This document shows positions 1 to 13,830 of a DNA stretch of 64,000 nucleotides, piece after piece. The notes below the pieces were generated by a model. The model was not told where the DNA came from, did not search any database, and saw nothing but the letters and a program-made list of their open reading frames with translations. Position 1 is the first letter of the stretch. Every line of letters starts with the position of its first letter. The translations under genes were made by a program, and so were the position numbers. Origin of the DNA: the human T2T-CHM13v2.0 reference genome, Homo sapiens; NCBI RefSeq assembly GCF_009914755.1, contig NC_060937.1, one strand, 5' to 3'.

Positions 1-859
1 ATCAGTAAGCACCCTGCAGACTACACATGCAAATGAGATGTTAGCTATGATAGCTTCTGGGGAAGATGTTAGCTTCTTGGGGAGGTCAATAAAAGAAAGA
101 CAGGTTTGATCTCCTTTGCTTCAGATTTAGTGATGCATTATTGTGGTAAATCTTTTCGTTTCACATGCATCCACTAATACATGACACTTCGTCAGAGACT
201 CAAAGTCCAATTGGGAGGTATAGCAAATCCTCCAGCTTGTGTTAATGAAAATATAAATAAAACATTTTTAAAATAAAAACATTTAATATATATTAAACTG
301 GAGGTAAAAGGGACTTTGAGTATAAGCCAGGATCTTCCCAGGCAAGTCATGATGTGTGACTTGTTCATGATACATAGGTAAAGTGTGATTATTTGAGAAA
401 TATTAAACATCATTGTTCCAGATCGAGGTGAAAACATAGACTATCTAGTTATCAGCATTAGCATACAATATAAACAATAGGCATTTTAAACAATGGATTA
501 TTTCAAAATATCAATTTGGCAGCTATATGGAATCCTCCACATTGCTTATTGAAAATATTAGTAAAAGTCTTATAGGGAAATATATTTACATCAACCAATG
601 CATCAAAATCAATGTGATACTTTTATTTCAAAAGATATTATAAATAATATATGTGTTTCACTCTGCCCTATAGCAAAAAACTGCTAGCAATGTAAAAAGG
701 GATACTTTGCAAAGAGTTTAATGAGTGAAATAGATACACAGGAACAAGCAAAGTGTAGTGAAACCACAATAAATAGTGCAATGCCTTCTGGTTGGTAAAA
801 ATAGGTGTCTTTATGGTGCAGGCCAAAAGGGGCCAAGGGTTGAAGAAGAGAGAGGAATC

Positions 860-1126
860 CAGAAAAAGAGCTGCATGAGGAGGCAGCCAGCCAGGAGCTG
901 TTTATTTTGGTCCAGGGACACGTCCAGGACATGAAAAAAATGATGGCTAACATTTACCTTGACCTCACTCTATTCCCTCCTACTGATCTCCCTCTGGGGA
1001 TGCCTATTGGCAGCTATTACCTGGAAGACAGAGAGCAACAATCCAGCCAGCATCCTGGGGACAAGGAGAGGGATGAACAAGGATAAGGAATAGCTCTGAA
1101 GAGAAAAACAAAAGATAACCAGCACG
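860..1126 (-). mobile_element. Old MaLR LTR fragment (MLT1J/K-like)
   Basis: ...gatgcctattggc...ctggaagacagagagcaa...aaagataaccagcac resembles the reverse-complemented 5' end of MLT1K-type LTRs. Confidence 0.55.
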
Positions 1127-1449
1127 ATGTTGTTTCTTTCTTTTACATCACGAAAATATATAATTGAATTTACTTTGATTTCTGTCTCTGCTGCCAGAAA
1201 AATCTAATTTAAATTATATATTTCTTTTATTAATTTATATCAAGTACTGTCTTTGAAAAGCATTCTCAATTCATTTGAAGAATTAGGATAGAAATATTGA
1301 ACTAAAAAAATGAATAATTGAAAATTAATATTTTAATTTTTTAACATTATCTTGTAGACATTTTTCTTAATCATTATCCTTGCGGTATGTACAGTGACTA
1401 AGAAAACAAAGAGCATTTCTTGACTTTCAGAAGGTGACCCAGCACTCAT

Positions 1450-1955
1450 TGTAGGCCATGTTGTTCTCTTATGTAACAATTCCACAAAATTTCAACCTCA
1501 GACCAATCCTAAATCCATGATAAAATGAGACAAAGCAAGGCTACTTCATGAGTTTGTCTAAGTAGAACAAAATCTAGGTTGCTCCTCAGCCCACAAAATA
1601 ACAGTATTTCCATTCTTTTGCTAAACTAGTGACAGCTACTTCTTTTTTAACCAATCATAAAATTGCCCCTGCTTTCCTTTCACGTCAACCAGCATATTAA
1701 AATCAATGTGAAATTCTTATTTTGAAATACATAAAATATATTCAAACTAGCAGAAAACCTTGCTTCCTTGGACCTTCTGCCAAATCACCCAAACTAAGTC
1801 CAAATCCTATAAAAGATTATTTATTTTTTAACCATCTTATTGTGACACCCAACAATTCCCTATAGTAAGCAGTCATACTCACTTCAAAGAGTAATAAATC
1901 CATTTTTTTAAACTACAGCTGTGTTCTTGGTGGTCTTTGGCTAAAGGGCATTAAT
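1450..1955 (+). mobile_element. ERV1-class solo LTR (MER67-like)
   Basis: Starts TGT; AATAAA at ~1893 followed by ctacagctgtgttcttggtggtctttggctaaagggcatt, a MER67-like terminus; subfamily uncertain. Confidence 0.5.
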
Positions 1956-2659
1956 AATAGCTACTCCTGTAGAGAAACTCCTCTGCACCGTAAGCATTAC
2001 TTGTATTCCAGCCTGCCTTTCTTAAAATGATACAAGATGATATGAGAAAGCTGTCAATATAGCTTTTATAAGATCTGTTATATCTTGAGCTGCTAAAATT
2101 GGGACATTTTTTAAGTAAATAAATCATAATCATGTAGCAAATATTTCAAAAGGACAATTGCTAAAACCTTTTTAACAGCTACAATTGTAGGTTAATTATC
2201 AAAATCCCCTAATGATATTCATTGCTTGCAGGTATGGTTCACTTCAGTGGAAAATGGTGTTAATTGTAGAACAAGAAGATGACAAGCAATTAGATGTCTT
2301 CCTGAAGGAATTTTAAAAGCCTAATCTTTATATTAAAATAGATTAAAGAAAAAAATATTTGGGGAGATAATGAGAATTGCGTTTCAAATGGTTAACCCAG
2401 TGCATTGCCAAAAATGGCTTTTAGAATTCATATATTAAAACACATATGAGTTGGAAAAAATGTATATTTTTAAAATCTCTGTAAGTCTGAAACATTTTTA
2501 GATCTGTTTTATGATTGATACATTAAGAGACTTCATAGGTTTTACTGTAAAAATTAAAATGTTATTTTATTAGGAAATTTTTGCAAGGTTCTGTATATTT
2601 TGAACTAAAGTGCTTTTTCACAAACAGATACAGACAATATGTTCCAAAGCTTGTACCTG

Positions 2660-2770
2660 TGATGTAGACCCATTCATTATTTACTGTATGCGACTGAAGC
2701 AAATTATTTAATCTTTTAAAATCTCAGTTTCTTTATCCTACAGTAAGGATTAGATTTGTTAATTCACAGA
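2660..2770 (+). mobile_element. MIR fragment
   Basis: ctgtatgcgactgaagcaaattatttaatcttttaaaatctcagtttctttatc resembles the MIR core. Confidence 0.5.
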
Positions 2771-3719
2771 TAATTCTTATATCAAAGAGGTGGTGCTGAT
2801 GCTATTGTTATTAGGCCTGATGCTCTGGGTTTTATTAACGGTAGGGGTAGCCACCAAATCAGCATATTTGCAATTGTTTTCTTTTCTGGGCACTTTTTAA
2901 AAATAAGGACTCAGAATAATGTGCTTCAATTCTTCCCTAAACATTTTTTCCCTCTAAAAATTTATGGTAAGATTTAGAACCTGCCAGAAAACAGAGATAT
3001 ATAAACTATTTGTTACCTAAAAATATTAAATAAAATTTACTAGGAGAAGCCACAGAATTGGAATCCTCAGAGTTTAGGCTACTCCTTTCACACTTAATTC
3101 AGTCAGCCCTTTAATAACCCCATTCTTTGTCTGAAGATCAATTCACTTTGTGGTTTTTTTTTTTCCCTCAGAAATTCCATCATTGTGGAGCTAATTATAT
3201 CTGTGTTGATGCTAATCATTAACTAGCTTATTTCTATATATTTTTCTTATTATAGTGTCATAATACACCATGAGGTGGTTGGGTCCCATTTCCAGAACAA
3301 CCAGAGTGACGTCTGAACAATGCTCTCTAAACAAGATCTTCATGTCTGCTCCCAAAGAGGGTTGCTACATTCTTAGCTTCCCTCAATTTAATTCTTTTAT
3401 GATAAAAAGAAGGTAATGTATAAACATGATAAAAAAAGATAACATGATTAACCTGTCTTGTCATTTCACTCTCCTTTAACAATGCTGTGCTGACATGTCA
3501 ATTTTCCTGCATTTAATAACACGATTTCATTTTTGGCTCTCCTCACTAAAGTTGGTGCTTTGCTCTTAATATATACAACAGATTTCAGGTTTGAGCAATT
3601 CCTGTCACTTACTAATCATATATTTGTTACAAAAATCATAGGTTTTTGACTTCTTATTTTGGATCAGCCACTTTTCCATTCTATTTCATTTAAGGCTTAT
3701 ACAAACATTTTGTATTAGA

Positions 3720-3835
3720 CTTTATTGTCTCCATTTTATAGATGAGGGAACAAAGGTCAAGTAAATCAAATAATGTGCCCAAAATTATACAATATTTAAG
3801 AAGCTCATAAGAGTTTGAAATTAGGTGTGTCTGTG
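3720..3835 (-). mobile_element. MIR fragment
   Basis: tctccattttatagatgagggaacaaaggtc...aataatgtgcccaaaattatac is the antisense MIR core. Confidence 0.6.
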
Positions 3836-3960
3836 GCTAAATTAAATGTATCATCTATTTATTATCCTATACTTCCTCATTGAGAACATTTAAAAATATG
3901 CTACATTATATTAAGGGACCTGAAATAAACACAATATAACTTGATCTGCTAATGCTGCTC

Positions 3961-4012
<52 letters not shown>

Positions 4013-4055
4013 AACACACACATATATGCACACACACACATATATGCACACACAA
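3961..4055. repeat. Compound (TG)/(TA)n/(CA)n microsatellite
   Basis: About 20 TA units followed by CA runs, directly visible. Confidence 0.95.
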
Positions 4056-6429
4056 TATATATCTGTATATACCTATAAATTAGTATATATGTAATCAATC
4101 ATATACCTACATAAATTTTAGTCGACAACTATGTAACAGAAGCTCGGGAATTAGATTCTGAATGGCTCTCCATGGCCAAAAGCAGACTATTCCTATTTTA
4201 TTTTTATTTTTGTAGTGTGAAAGTTATAAACTTTGCCTCTGACCTTTGTCTCTCAGTATTTGTAAGAAAGGGCACAGATTTGTGAAATAATTGATTTTTA
4301 ATGTTTAAATGTGAACTTTATTTTTATAAAATAATTATCCTCCCTGAGAAGTCAAGAATATTAAGTTGAAATTGTATTTTCATCCTCAATAGCATTCATT
4401 ATTAACCAATTATTACTAAAAATGACAAAATAGTTTAGATGGGCTAACAGTCTAAATTTAGTCACTTGATTATTCTTGAAGCACAACATAATCAGCATAA
4501 AAAATGTTGATAGTTTTCTACTCCCTTCAAAAATAAAGACAAAATATAACAATTTTGGTGACAACTATTTTTCATGTAAATAAAATCTCAAATTTTTGTG
4601 ACAGTGAACAAAGTGCTTATTTGATTTTAATTCTTATAATAATGCTATGAGGCAGGTACTAGTACATTAAGTTTGTAAAATAGATCGAGAATTCAGTGCA
4701 GAATCTGAATATAGATTTCATATATCTTTTTCTTGACCACAAAGCTAAAAATGTTTTCACTAAGATTGAAATAAGTTCGTCTCATTTCAGTAAGAGTGAA
4801 CAATTGTACTGCACAATTCGATAGATAATTAAACCTACTGCTCTTTATATTTTTTAATGAAAAACTATATTCTATTCTAAATATTTAATATGTGCCTGTT
4901 TCCCACAATAAACTGTGGCCTTACTGTCATCTAAAAAAGTATCATTGAGACTTAGTAACATGACAATTACGGTACACATGTTTTTTGGGAAATAAACATT
5001 TAGTTTGTATAAATTAACTGTGAGTTAAAAAAATATGATAGGATAAAAAGAGGAGAGAAAATAAAAAATACTTTAAGTAGAAAAATGAATGGGCCACCAT
5101 TGATGCCTTTTCTAGCCTCTAAGTTACAGCTTTCCAAAGCTAATTTACCATTGGTATTGAACACATGGATTTGTGCCTAAAAAATGTGTGATTCTTAGTT
5201 AAGGGCAGAAAATTCCTCCTCCTCTTTGCAAGCGCAAATATAATTCATGTTTCCAGTAACAAAAGAATACTTTGTATTCTTGTAAAAGAAGAGGTAATAA
5301 ATATGAAATGAATTGAGAGAGTTCAATACATATTCCCCTGTGGAATTGTGCAAAAGCCACTTCACCATATGAGCAAATGAACAACAAAATTATTTTATAG
5401 TTCTCTATGCTCAATAGTTTAATGTCAATTTTAAACTTAGAGGCTAGTAAGATGATGTTAAAGTTTTCCAGTTCCTCTTCATTTCTTTCTATTGAGCAGT
5501 GTTTGACTTTTTTTTTCTTTTGAACTCTTTTATAAAAATGAATATCCATTTTGTATTAGCATAACCTTTAAACTTCATAAGTTGATAAAGTACAAAGCTT
5601 GGTTTTATGCTGACTTCAGGTATAACTATATCTTATGAGAAAGTTTTCTCACTCAGGGTTCTCTAGGGTTTCACGACCTTTGAGAATATGTGTTTCAGTA
5701 ACTACCAATTACAAGTTTGTCATTTAGGAAAAGTCAATTAGCAATAAAGCATGAATTACAGAATGATATAAAATTGTGAACTCTTCAATAATAACTTAAA
5801 CCATAACATTGTATGTTGGTTAATATTTTATGCTCTTTCATCTTTAATTAGTGTGTCTCTACCATATTTAAAAATCTAAATATTTAAGTCTCAAGTATCC
5901 TCAGTTCAAATTAAAAATCAGTGTTTTATTAAAACTTTTGGTCCTTAAACATAATTTATTTGTTATCTTAATAAACATCTTATAGGAAGCTATGCAACTT
6001 TTCTTATTGATGACACCTTTTAAATTTTTCTCACATTTACTCTTTTGTTTCTATTTATTTTGTCATTACCAACATTATGAAATTTTTAATAATCTCAAAA
6101 TTCATATATTGCAAGGCATCTTGATTCCTTACAGGATGACATTAGATGTTTAAGTCCAAGTAATTTCATCATTCTAAATTCCCACCATCATTTAGAATAT
6201 GGTAAAAATATAAAAGCCTTGAAATTAAGAAAACTATAAGTAATTCTTAGATACTTTGGTATTTGACATTAGAATGCAGTTCTTTTATTGTTCAGAGACA
6301 AGAAAAAGTTTACTGAGTCTTTAAATATTTGTTTAACTTGGACTGTGTGTAAAATGTTGGTCCTCAAGTAATTCACAATTTAATGAAAAGGATAAACATA
6401 GAAAGTGGTAATTATAAAATAATCCAGTA

Positions 6430-6733
6430 CAAGGGACAGCAAGTCATTTCTGTGAAAGACCAGAGAGCATATATTTTCAGCCTTGCAGGACACACTCTCC
6501 TCTGCAACAACTGCAAAGCTCTACTATTTAGCATGAAAGCTGCTACAGACGACGTAAAGGGGAGCCTGGGTATATTCCAACAAAACTTTGAGGACTATCG
6601 AATTTGAATTTCATGCAATTTTCACGAGTCAGATAATATTATTCTCTATTTGATTTTTTTCAACCATTTAAAAATATTTGAAACACTCAAAATTTTGGGC
6701 TGTACAAAAACAGGCAATTGGCTGAATTTGGCC
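6430..6733 (+). mobile_element. MER58B-like hAT-Charlie MITE
   Basis: caagggacagcaa...atattttcagccttgcagg...gaatttgaatttcatgcaattttcacg...ggctgtacaaaaacaggc...gaatttggcc. Confidence 0.75.
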
Positions 6734-6741
6734 AATAAATC

Positions 6742-7010
6742 TACATTATTTTCCTATAGCTGCTGTAGTAAGTTACCATAAACTTAGTGGCTTAAAATAA
6801 CAGAAATTTATTATCTCACAGTACTAGAGGCCAAAACTTTGAAATCAGTTTCCCTGGGCGGAAATCAAGGTGTTTTCAGGGTTCTACTACCCCCAGAGGC
6901 TTAAAGGAAAAATCTGTTCCTTACTCCTTCCACCATCTGGTAGCTTTTGACATTCACTCCCATCTCTCGACTCTTTCCTGTGCTGAGTGGGTCCCTCCTG
7001 TAATTTTGCT
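6742..7010 (-). mobile_element. MLT1C/D-like MaLR LTR fragment
   Basis: gctgctgtagtaagttaccataaacttagtggcttaaaataacagaaatttattatctcacag is the typical antisense MLT1 3' end. Confidence 0.75.
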
Positions 7011-7177
7011 GATCCTTCTGCCAGTATATTTTTCCTAGCACTAAGAATCTCCTGCTGGTGATTAATGCTGGTTTGTTTTATACACACACATGTGTGCACA
7101 CACACACACAAACAGAACTTTCCTTTCTGGATTTGATAAATGAGATTATTTATTTATGGTAAAGAGGCAATTAATTA

Positions 7178-7441
7178 GAAGGAATAAGATCTAGAATTTG
7201 ATAGCACAACAGGGTGACTATAGTCAACAATAATTTAATGTATAGTTTAAAATAACTGAGTATATAATTGGAATATTTGAAACAGAAAGAAATGATAAAT
7301 GATAAATGCTTGCAGTGATGGTTACCCCATTTACCCTGATGTGATTATTACAAATTGCATGCTTGTATCAAAATATCTCATGTACCCCATGAATATATAT
7401 ACCTAGTATGTACCTATAAAATATTTTTTATTTTTTTTTAA
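7178..7441 (+). mobile_element. 5'-truncated L1MA 3' UTR with ~17-bp TSD
   Basis: gatagcacaacagggtgactatagtcaac...ccccatttaccctgatgtgattattac; flanks aaagaggcaattaatta (7161-7177) and aaagaggcagtaaatta (7442-7458). Confidence 0.8.
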
Positions 7442-8014
7442 AAAGAGGCAGTAAATTATTTTAAGCAATGGTGATAGCATGAGTATAACCACAGAAGTAA
7501 AATTAAATAAGTAAATAAATGATTTTAAAAATTAAAATACATTTTGACTATGGAAGAATTTCAGTCCTTTTGGAAAATAATGTAAATAGAAAAGACCAGT
7601 GAGTTATGAGGCAGAAAAAGTAAAAATGTCCAAACCATAATGATAAGCTAAGATTTCATCCAACTGCAGTGATTTGGTAGGGTGAGAAGATATATGTCAG
7701 GTTCTGTGTTTTGAATTTGTCACCATGTCTACAGTATAGATAGATTTGTAGATAACTCTGAGTACATTTATGATTTCTTTTCTGGAGGCCAGGAATTAAA
7801 GAATGAAGACTGGATTTAGGTGATATTAGAAGTGCTCAGAAGGAAAGGTTGAATTCAGTATAGAATTACAATATTTAGGAAGCCAAGTGGACAGAATTTG
7901 AACTACTGTTAGTGGGTAGTAAACATTTGGGGCAAGTCAAATATATCTCTTGGTATATTAACTAGGGTGAAAATATATGATGCTGCAAAAAATGCAGTAA
8001 AGAGTTTAGGCGAC

Positions 8015-8588
8015 TGTCAGGAGCCCAGCTGAGGTGGGGGAGAGCTGAGCTGGCAAATATCAGCATAGCCTATAAAAGCAACAAGCCAAACACAAAAAAA
8101 TTAAGACTTTAATCATTTTCTGTAGTGGAAGAAGCTAAAACTGGAGAAAACACTGATGAAAACCTGTTTTATTTTACCTCATAGAGTTGTGCCTCAGCGA
8201 AGGGTCAGCATGGGTACGGAGGTCCCCTCAGTTGAGGGAACCTGAAAGGCTCCTGCAGTTGTATGGACCCTGGAATGATGATGCAGGAGAGAGTTAGGAG
8301 TGGAAAAGTACTAGAAAAGTGTGGAAATTGTCTTCATGTTTTCCCTGTCTTTCCTCCAGTAAGGAGGCTTAGCAGAGGTGCTTGAAGAAGGCCTCCACCT
8401 AAAGCCTCAGAGAAAGACACCTAGGAATGAAGGTGCCTGGGCTTGGAATGCAAATGGCGGAAGAACTTGATGGACCGGAGCAGCCTGGCCTGAGTCCTTT
8501 TCTGCCATTCCCCTTGGACACTGCCATCCTCTGGATGGGCGTCAAGCCTGCTGTGGAAAGGGCAGCTTCCACTTCGAGGCCTGTCACA
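8015..8588. mobile_element. GC-richer LTR-like segment, family unassigned
   Basis: About 570 bp bounded by TGTCA...TGTCACA, much more GC-rich than its flanks; no clear TSD. Confidence 0.35.
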
Positions 8589-9200
8589 TAAACCTTTTGT
8601 AATCATTTGTGGTCACACCTGGAAAATAGTAAGTAGGTTTTTAACCAGGAGTTGGACTCCTCACACCAATACTGTTTAAAAAAATGATAATTTAAGTTTC
8701 ACACATGTTTCTTTTGAGTAGCCTGTGAGAAAGGAAATTATAAATGTTTAAAATAAAGTGAGCATAACTTTGGGAATAATCAAGATCGAGTTTGAAGAAT
8801 TATCGGCCTTGGTTGTTAATTGATACAAGAAAGAAAGAGAGTAATCACTCAAAAGAATGAGTAGCGTGAAAAGAACAACATCAAATATTTGAAGTTCAAA
8901 ACTATTCAGAAAATATTTGGAAGGAGAGAGGACATTCAGAAGATAGAGAAGATGAAATGAAGATGTTTAGGTTTAGACACAGGGGTACCTTGTCACAATA
9001 GAACATGAGTAGGTAATTTTGAAGAAAAATCTACAGGAATAAACAGAGAGAAAGAACAGGCAGCTGTATTCATAAGCAAATAAAGTAAAAATGATAAAAT
9101 ACTACAGCATTCTCAAATACTACAAACTCTTCTATGAGTCTGTACAAATTGAAAAAAAAGATAAGGTTCTATCCAAATAGTAAATAGATCATCTCTGCAT

Positions 9201-9682
9201 TGTAAGACCCAACATTCCGTATGCTGCCTTTGACCTCTGAACCTCTGAGAACTCCGAATTCTTAGTGCTACAACCTTTTCTCTTATCAAACATGCCCTCC
9301 CACTCACCAGCAAAGCCTCCCCATCCAGCTAGGTCCATTTTCAGCCGAACCACCTGCACCCAGCTTGGTCCTCAACCTTCCCGCCTGCACAAGATCCGAT
9401 TCAACCCAGTCAGTCACAACCCTCATGAGAACCAGGTTGCACCCCACCTTCCTATTAATACAAAGCCTGCCTCTCACATCCCTCCTGTTTCACTCTGCTC
9501 CTGAGTATAGCCTTGCACTGCACGTGGCATTCTCCTTTCTTGGGCTGTGAGTAAACGTGACTAATAATCTGCTGCTAACTGCATCTGTTCATTGTCAAGT
9601 GTCCTGTGTTCAACCGCCTTGTACTATTTATAATGAGGGATTCCTTCTTCACCAACAGGGTGAACAGAAAATGTTCAGAGCA
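9201..9682 (+). mobile_element. ERVL-class solo LTR (MER74-like)
   Basis: TG...CA; gggctgtgagtaaacgtgactaataatctgctg and ttcaccaacagggtgaacag match the MER74-type 3' region. Confidence 0.6.
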
Positions 9683-10006
9683 ATCATCCTCTGAAAATTC
9701 ATATAAATGACAGCAGAAATACAAGAAGGAGATTGGATTTCAATCCTCTTGGAAACAATTGATTTGGAAGTGGTCTGTGGTCTAAAGATTTTGACAAAAT
9801 TTTAGGAGCAAGTAAAGATGATATAAATATATAAAGAGACAGAACAGAAGGGAGATAGCCACATTTCAGAAAACATGGAGAAATTATACAAGTGATTCTT
9901 CCCAGGAAATTCTTCAGAAATGTCCAAAGAAAAAATTATGGACTTACAAATCTGACTGTGCGATGACTGCAAAATCCTCCTTTATCTTCCTCTCCCTGAC
10001 ATGCAT

Positions 10007-10010
<4 letters not shown>

Positions 10011-10042
<32 letters not shown>
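10011..10042. repeat. (AC)16 microsatellite
   Basis: Directly visible. Confidence 0.95.
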
Positions 10043-10045
<3 letters not shown>

Positions 10046-10599
10046 GAGATTTGCATCATTTGTCTTTAGGCTAAAATAAGGGAAAACATTTCAAAATGAT
10101 TTACCGATTTTTTTAAATGATGGGCACAGTAACCATAATTAAGTCTTCCGTATTTGGCATTGGAATGAAGGTAATGGGATCAAACCCTTCTATTTACTTC
10201 TCCTTACTCATCCAAAGATGCAGTCAACCATCAACAAACACTTCCCTAGTATACTGCCCACAAAGTCAGCTCGTAAATTCAGGGAAAATAGTTTATAAGG
10301 GTCTCAAGGCTGTTTAAAAACACCAACACCATAAGAGAGATGGACTAGGTGGAAAAAATACACAAAGAAAGTGCAACGAACAGAAACAACTAAAATAAAC
10401 AAGGAACATTCAGCAAAAATTTTAAATGTTGTATTATCTGTTATGATTTTTCTTTTACTTTTCCTTCATAAGTAAACCATTTATTTTTCTGAAAATTTTG
10501 AGTGTATTCTTTCTATCATCATTATGCTTAAACGTGATGGGAAACTTACTGGGCATTATTTACAAGGCACATTTCTCCACACACTTGTTCCTTTTCTTT

Positions 10600-10925
10600 T
10601 CAATAACTTTCATCTATGTAAGCACAACAGGCTCCCTTATTTTGCTCTGTTCTTCTGCAAAGTCACCTTCCATATGAAAAGACTTCCCTGGAAAGTATTG
10701 CCTTCCCACTCTACCTAAAACTTCAGTGTATTTTCCAGATATTCTATATGCCCTCTCCTGATGTGATTTGTTCTCCTTATAATTTTGCACTGATTGTTAT
10801 ACTATATTTATCTTGATTATTGTCTTTCTCCTCTACCAAAATGTAAGAACTGTAAGTGCAATGACATTTTTCTCTTTTATCACTGTATTCCTGGCTCCTA
10901 GAGGAGCACCTGACATGTTATAATT
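10600..10925 (+). mobile_element. L2 3' end fragment
   Basis: ttattgtctttctcctctaccaaaatgtaagaactgtaagtgc...tcactgtattcctggctcctagaggagcacctgaca. Confidence 0.65.
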
Positions 10926-12255
10926 GTTCTTACTGAAGAAAATAAATAACTGATTTGGTGAAAAACCTAAAACTGTCCATCATTTTATTTTTTAACTCAA
11001 TTGATTTTTTTAAACAAATATTTTTGAATAGTTGGGGTGGGACGTGGTGGCGAAAAAAGAACCTAGATTTAATAGAACATATAAAGAAAAAAGGAGATGA
11101 AAGTGACATGGTGAAATTTCTAGAAGGATATGAAATGAGGAAAAGAGGTGCATATTTGAATTTTAAAAGCTGAGATGAAATAACATGATATGGTAACAAG
11201 ATCCATGGGGAGATCCAGCATGTGGTGACAGACCCAGAGAGCAACTGGGCTGAGGGAACTAGAGTAAAATTAATTGCTATCCTGGAATATGGTCAAGATG
11301 ACAATATTAAGAAATGTGTGTTCAAAAGGTCTGTAATCATGCACTCAGAAGCTGCACAGTTTTTGGTTTAAGGTGTGACATTGCTTAAAAAGAATTGACA
11401 AATGCAAGGCAGGACTCCCCTTTAAATCACTTGGTGTTATTAGTTTATCAAGATCAAAACTTCAGCTGTGGATGGATATCCAATTACCATGAACTGGGAG
11501 GAAAGTGCAGCTTTACATTTAGAAACAAGAGGGGAGACCATTTACTAAAATTGGATCACAAATTTGGAGGTGGATTTGCCGCAGTAATGACATAATCGTC
11601 TCTTACCTAAGGGATGGCATAGGCACATAATTTTTCACAGTTGTATGTGATATTCCATCCAACAGGAGTTTCGTTTCAAGTAAACTTATAAAACACTGCA
11701 TAACTGATTCCACCCTCAGTGTGTCATAATACAGGTTAGCAAATTTAAAGCTATTTGAAGTTTGACAGGAATGAACCTGCTTTGTTGAACGCAGTTTTTC
11801 TCTGACTATATTTAATTAACGAACCCATCATTCACAGCGTGTCTATTAATTTCCTGTGGAACTAGTGAGAAATGCTTTTCTACAGCAGAGCGTGAGGCCA
11901 TGGCTATAAGCAGAGATAAATTGGCTCAAGTTGCTGAGAAAATTAAACTCTTCGGTCAAAAAACAAAACGATTCAATAATTTAATGTGTTGGCATTGATC
12001 CATTGACACTCTTCTTTCCAAATTTTATTTTTGACTTAGTTGAATATGTGTGAGAATGCAAATGAATTATTCCTGGAAAAATAATTAAATAACTCAATAG
12101 TGGCCACAGTGAAAACCACTACAACAAATTCATTTTATTGAAACAACCAAAGCATACTCTTTTATAACATTTTTGCAAAAGATTATTGAATGTTTTCCTA
12201 GGGCATTTCATATAATATTCTTGAATTTTGAAGGAGGCAATATTCTTACCAGGGC

Positions 12256-12706
12256 TTTAGTCGGTTGAACAATATCCTCCCAAAATCCACATGCATCTAG
12301 AATCTCAGAATGTTACCTTATTTGGAAATAGGGTTTTGCAGATGTAATTAGTTAAGTTGAGATCATACTGGATTATGGAGGGCCCTAAATTCAATAACTG
12401 GTATCATTATAAAAGAAGACTTCACTCAGAGAAACACAGAGAGGAGGCCATGTGAAGATGGGGTCAGAGAATTGAGTTATGCTGCCATAAATCAAGAACT
12501 CTCTGGGCCATCAGAACCTGCAAGAGACAAAAAGACTTCTACCCCAGAGACTGACTTTACAGGGAGCATGGCCTTACCAAAACCTTGATTGCCAACACAT
12601 TGATTCCAGACTTTTAACTACCAGAACTATTAGAGAATGAATTTCTCTTATTTTAACCCATCAAATTTATAATAACCTGCTATTGCAGACCTAAGAAACT
12701 AATACA
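12256..12706 (+). mobile_element. MLT1C-like MaLR solo LTR
   Basis: ctcagaatgttaccttatttggaaatagggttttgcagatgtaattagttaag...aagaaactaataca terminus. Confidence 0.8.
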
Positions 12707-12839
12707 ATGACCAATCAGTTATCAAGCTTTTGTATGTTTATAAATTTTTTTAATGTTAAGATGCATGCCACTGATTGGTTTAGCAATATCATGTCAATTA
12801 CATGGGCATATAGGGACTTTTTTATATCCTGTTATTTAC

Positions 12840-13830
<991 letters not shown>

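Noticed and set aside
11780-11880. Possible hAT-Charlie terminal fragment
   Set aside because: Similarity too short and weak to call by eye
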